Of a DNA stretch of 64,000 bases, positions 61,845-64,000 are shown in pieces. A program made the translations under genes and the position numbers. This DNA comes from Lama glama (lineage: Eukaryota). The stretch is taken from contig CM052817.1 of assembly GCA_028534125.1 (NCBI GenBank), positions 50,222,001 through 50,286,000 of the forward strand, in the 5' to 3' direction. Below the pieces are notes generated by a model. It made no database searches, was not told where the DNA came from, and worked only from the letters and a program-made list of their open reading frames with translations. How positions within the stretch are numbered: the stretch's first letter is position 1; the number at the start of each line of letters is the position of its first letter.

Positions 61845-62364
61845 GATGTCAATGCTTCTTGACTACTAATGTCGGCTACCTTCTGAGGTCTCATCAGTGA
61901 TTTTGCTTTTACTCCAAGTTTACCATTGAAGCTCCCTGCCTGTCCTCTTTTCCTTTTGCCCCATTCCGTTGGTGTGGATACAAGTAAATGTGCAAGGTTC
62001 TGGCTTTAGGATTATAATTCTACCAAGCCAACCAAGAATAGATTGACACCTAGAAGAACAAACTCACTCAGAAGTAGCCGAATCTTATTCTCAACGTGTT
62101 TTCCTTGCCTCACAAAGCATTATTTATTTATTTAAAAAATTTAGCCAACTTGAAAGACAATAGATGAATTCTTTTAATACTATGGATTTTTTTGTTTTCT
62201 TAAAAAGTTTGTATCTTTGGTTCAATTGGGCTCACATTTCCAAATGGTAACTTTTGACTAGAGTGGAGTATTAATTGTCCCCTTTCTCTGATTTATCAAA
62301 GCTTCCATTACTCATACAGTGTCTGCATTGCCAGTTATGTGCAGTCTACTTCAGCCATTATTAT

Positions 62365-63600
62365 TTCTTTTTTTTTATTTGAGGTAGAGTCTGTTTACAA
62401 TGTTGTGTTAATTTCTAGAGTACAGCATAGTGATTCAGGTATACATATTATATATTCCTTTTCATATTCTTTTTATTATAGGTTATCACCAGGTATTGAA
62501 TATAGTTCCCTGTGCTATATAGTAGGACTTTTCTGTTTATCTATTTTATATATAGTAGTTAGTATCTGCAAATCTCAAACTTCCAATGTATCTCTCCACC
62601 TGTACCTCTTTCCACCCTGGTAACCATAAGTTTGTTTTCTATGTCAGTGAGTCTGTTTCTGTTTTGTAAATAAGCACATTTGTCTCTCTCTCTCTTCATT
62701 TTTTTTTTTTAGATTCCACATTAAGTGATATCATATGGTATTTTTCTTTCTCTTTCTGGCTTACTTCATTTAGTGTGATAATCTCCATGTCTATCCATGT
62801 TGCTGCAAATGACATTATTTTATTCTTTTTTATGGCTGAATAGTATACCATGGTATATGTACTATATCTTCTTTATCCAGTCACCTGTTGATGGACATTT
62901 AGGTTGTTTCCATGACTTGGCTATTGTAAATAGTGCTGCTATGAACATTGGGGTGCATGTATCTTTTCAAATTAGAGCTTCCTCCAGATATATGCCCAGG
63001 GGTGAGATTGCTAGATCATATGGTAAGTCTACTTTAAGTTTTTTAAAGAAAACTCCATACTGTTTTCCATAATGGTTGCACCAAACTACATTCCCATCAA
63101 CAGTGTAGGAGGGTTCCCTCTCCATTTATTGTTTATGGACTTTTTAATGATGGCCATTTTGACTGGTGTGACTCATTGTGGTTGTGATTAGCATTTCTCT
63201 AATAATTAGTGATACTGAGCATTTTTTCATGTGCTTATTGGCTATCTGTGTGTCTTCAGTGGAGAAATGTTTGTTTACGTCTTCTGTCCACTTTTGGATT
63301 GGGTTGTTCTTTTGTTGTTGTTGTTATTGAGTTGTATGAGCTGTTTATATATTCTGGAAATTAAGCAATTGTCTGTCACATCATTTGCAAATATTTTCTC
63401 CCATCCTGTAGATTGCCTTTTCATTTTGTTTATAGTTTTCTTTGTGGTGCAAAAGCTTTTAAGTTTAACTAGGTCTCATTTGTTTATTTTTACTTTTATT
63501 TCTGTTGCCTAGGTAGACTGCCCTAGGAGAACATTGCTAAGATATGTGTCAGAAAATGTTTTGCCTGTATTTTCTTCTAGTAGGTTTACAGTGTCTTGAG
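62365..63600 (-). mobile_element. Artiodactyl/camelid-type L1 3' end
   Basis: Poly-T at ~62368, a 3' UTR shared with the copies at 9.6, 27.5 and 30.9 kb, and ORF2 C-terminus antisense (gctattgtaaatagtgctgctatgaacattggggtgcatgtatc). Confidence 0.95.
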
Positions 63601-63867
63601 TTTGTTTTTGTGTATGTTATGTACTCTTTATTATTTCTGTGACTTCTGTAGGCACTTGGGATTGTAACCATTTTTCTCCCTAAACCTTTATTTATGTAAT
63701 AAAAAGAATATTTGGAGTTAAGATAGACAGGTATCCAAATCTTGGTTCTGTTCTTTATTAGCAGGGAATCTTGGAAATTATTTTACTTTTTGTAATTCAG
63801 TTAGGGTCCCTAATACAATGCCTGGATGTAGAAAGTATTGATTACTAGATAAGTGGTTTTCCTACCT

Positions 63868-63918
63868 CTACTACTACAACTACTGTTACTGTTACCATGA
63901 CCATAACTACTATTATTC
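63868..63918. repeat. Degenerate (CTA)n-like repeat
   Basis: ctactactacaactactgttactgttaccatgaccataactactattatt. Confidence 0.7.
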
Positions 63919-64000
63919 TCTAAGTTCTCCAGATCCTCAGCAGAGGAGTGCTACCCTAATGATCCTCAATGTTCTCTCTTCCTGGGAGTTGGGGCTGTCT

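Noticed and set aside
61150..62330. Possible ancient repeats (HAL1-like and MER102-like)
   Set aside because: Resemblance too weak to assign without a Dfam search.

Overview
AT-rich, CpG-depleted mammalian genomic DNA, intronic or intergenic. Two tRNA-derived SINEs resembling camelid Vic-1 and several artiodactyl-type L1 3' UTRs suggest a camelid (alpaca, vicuna or camel). Much of the window is decayed transposons: L1 of several ages, L2, CR1/L3, MIR, MaLR/ERV solo LTRs, and hAT MITEs (MER53, MER58, MER5, MER33-like). No intact protein-coding gene, rRNA, functional tRNA or CRISPR array is supportable. Recognisable ORFs are fragments of L1, L2 or CR1 ORF2; the rest look like chance ORFs. I found no evidence of a new multi-gene system. 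The most interesting signals are small: a dense TCF/LEF motif cluster (~56.65-56.81 kb), a 50-bp orphan insert between 20-bp direct repeats (33.6 kb), a 48-bp TSD-flanked micro-retroinsertion (61.8 kb), a twin-primed inverted L1 (52.7 kb), perfect palindromes, nested insertions with readable TSDs, and a few weak candidate exons. Repeat family names come from recall of consensus sequences, not a database search. Boundaries of old repeats are approximate.
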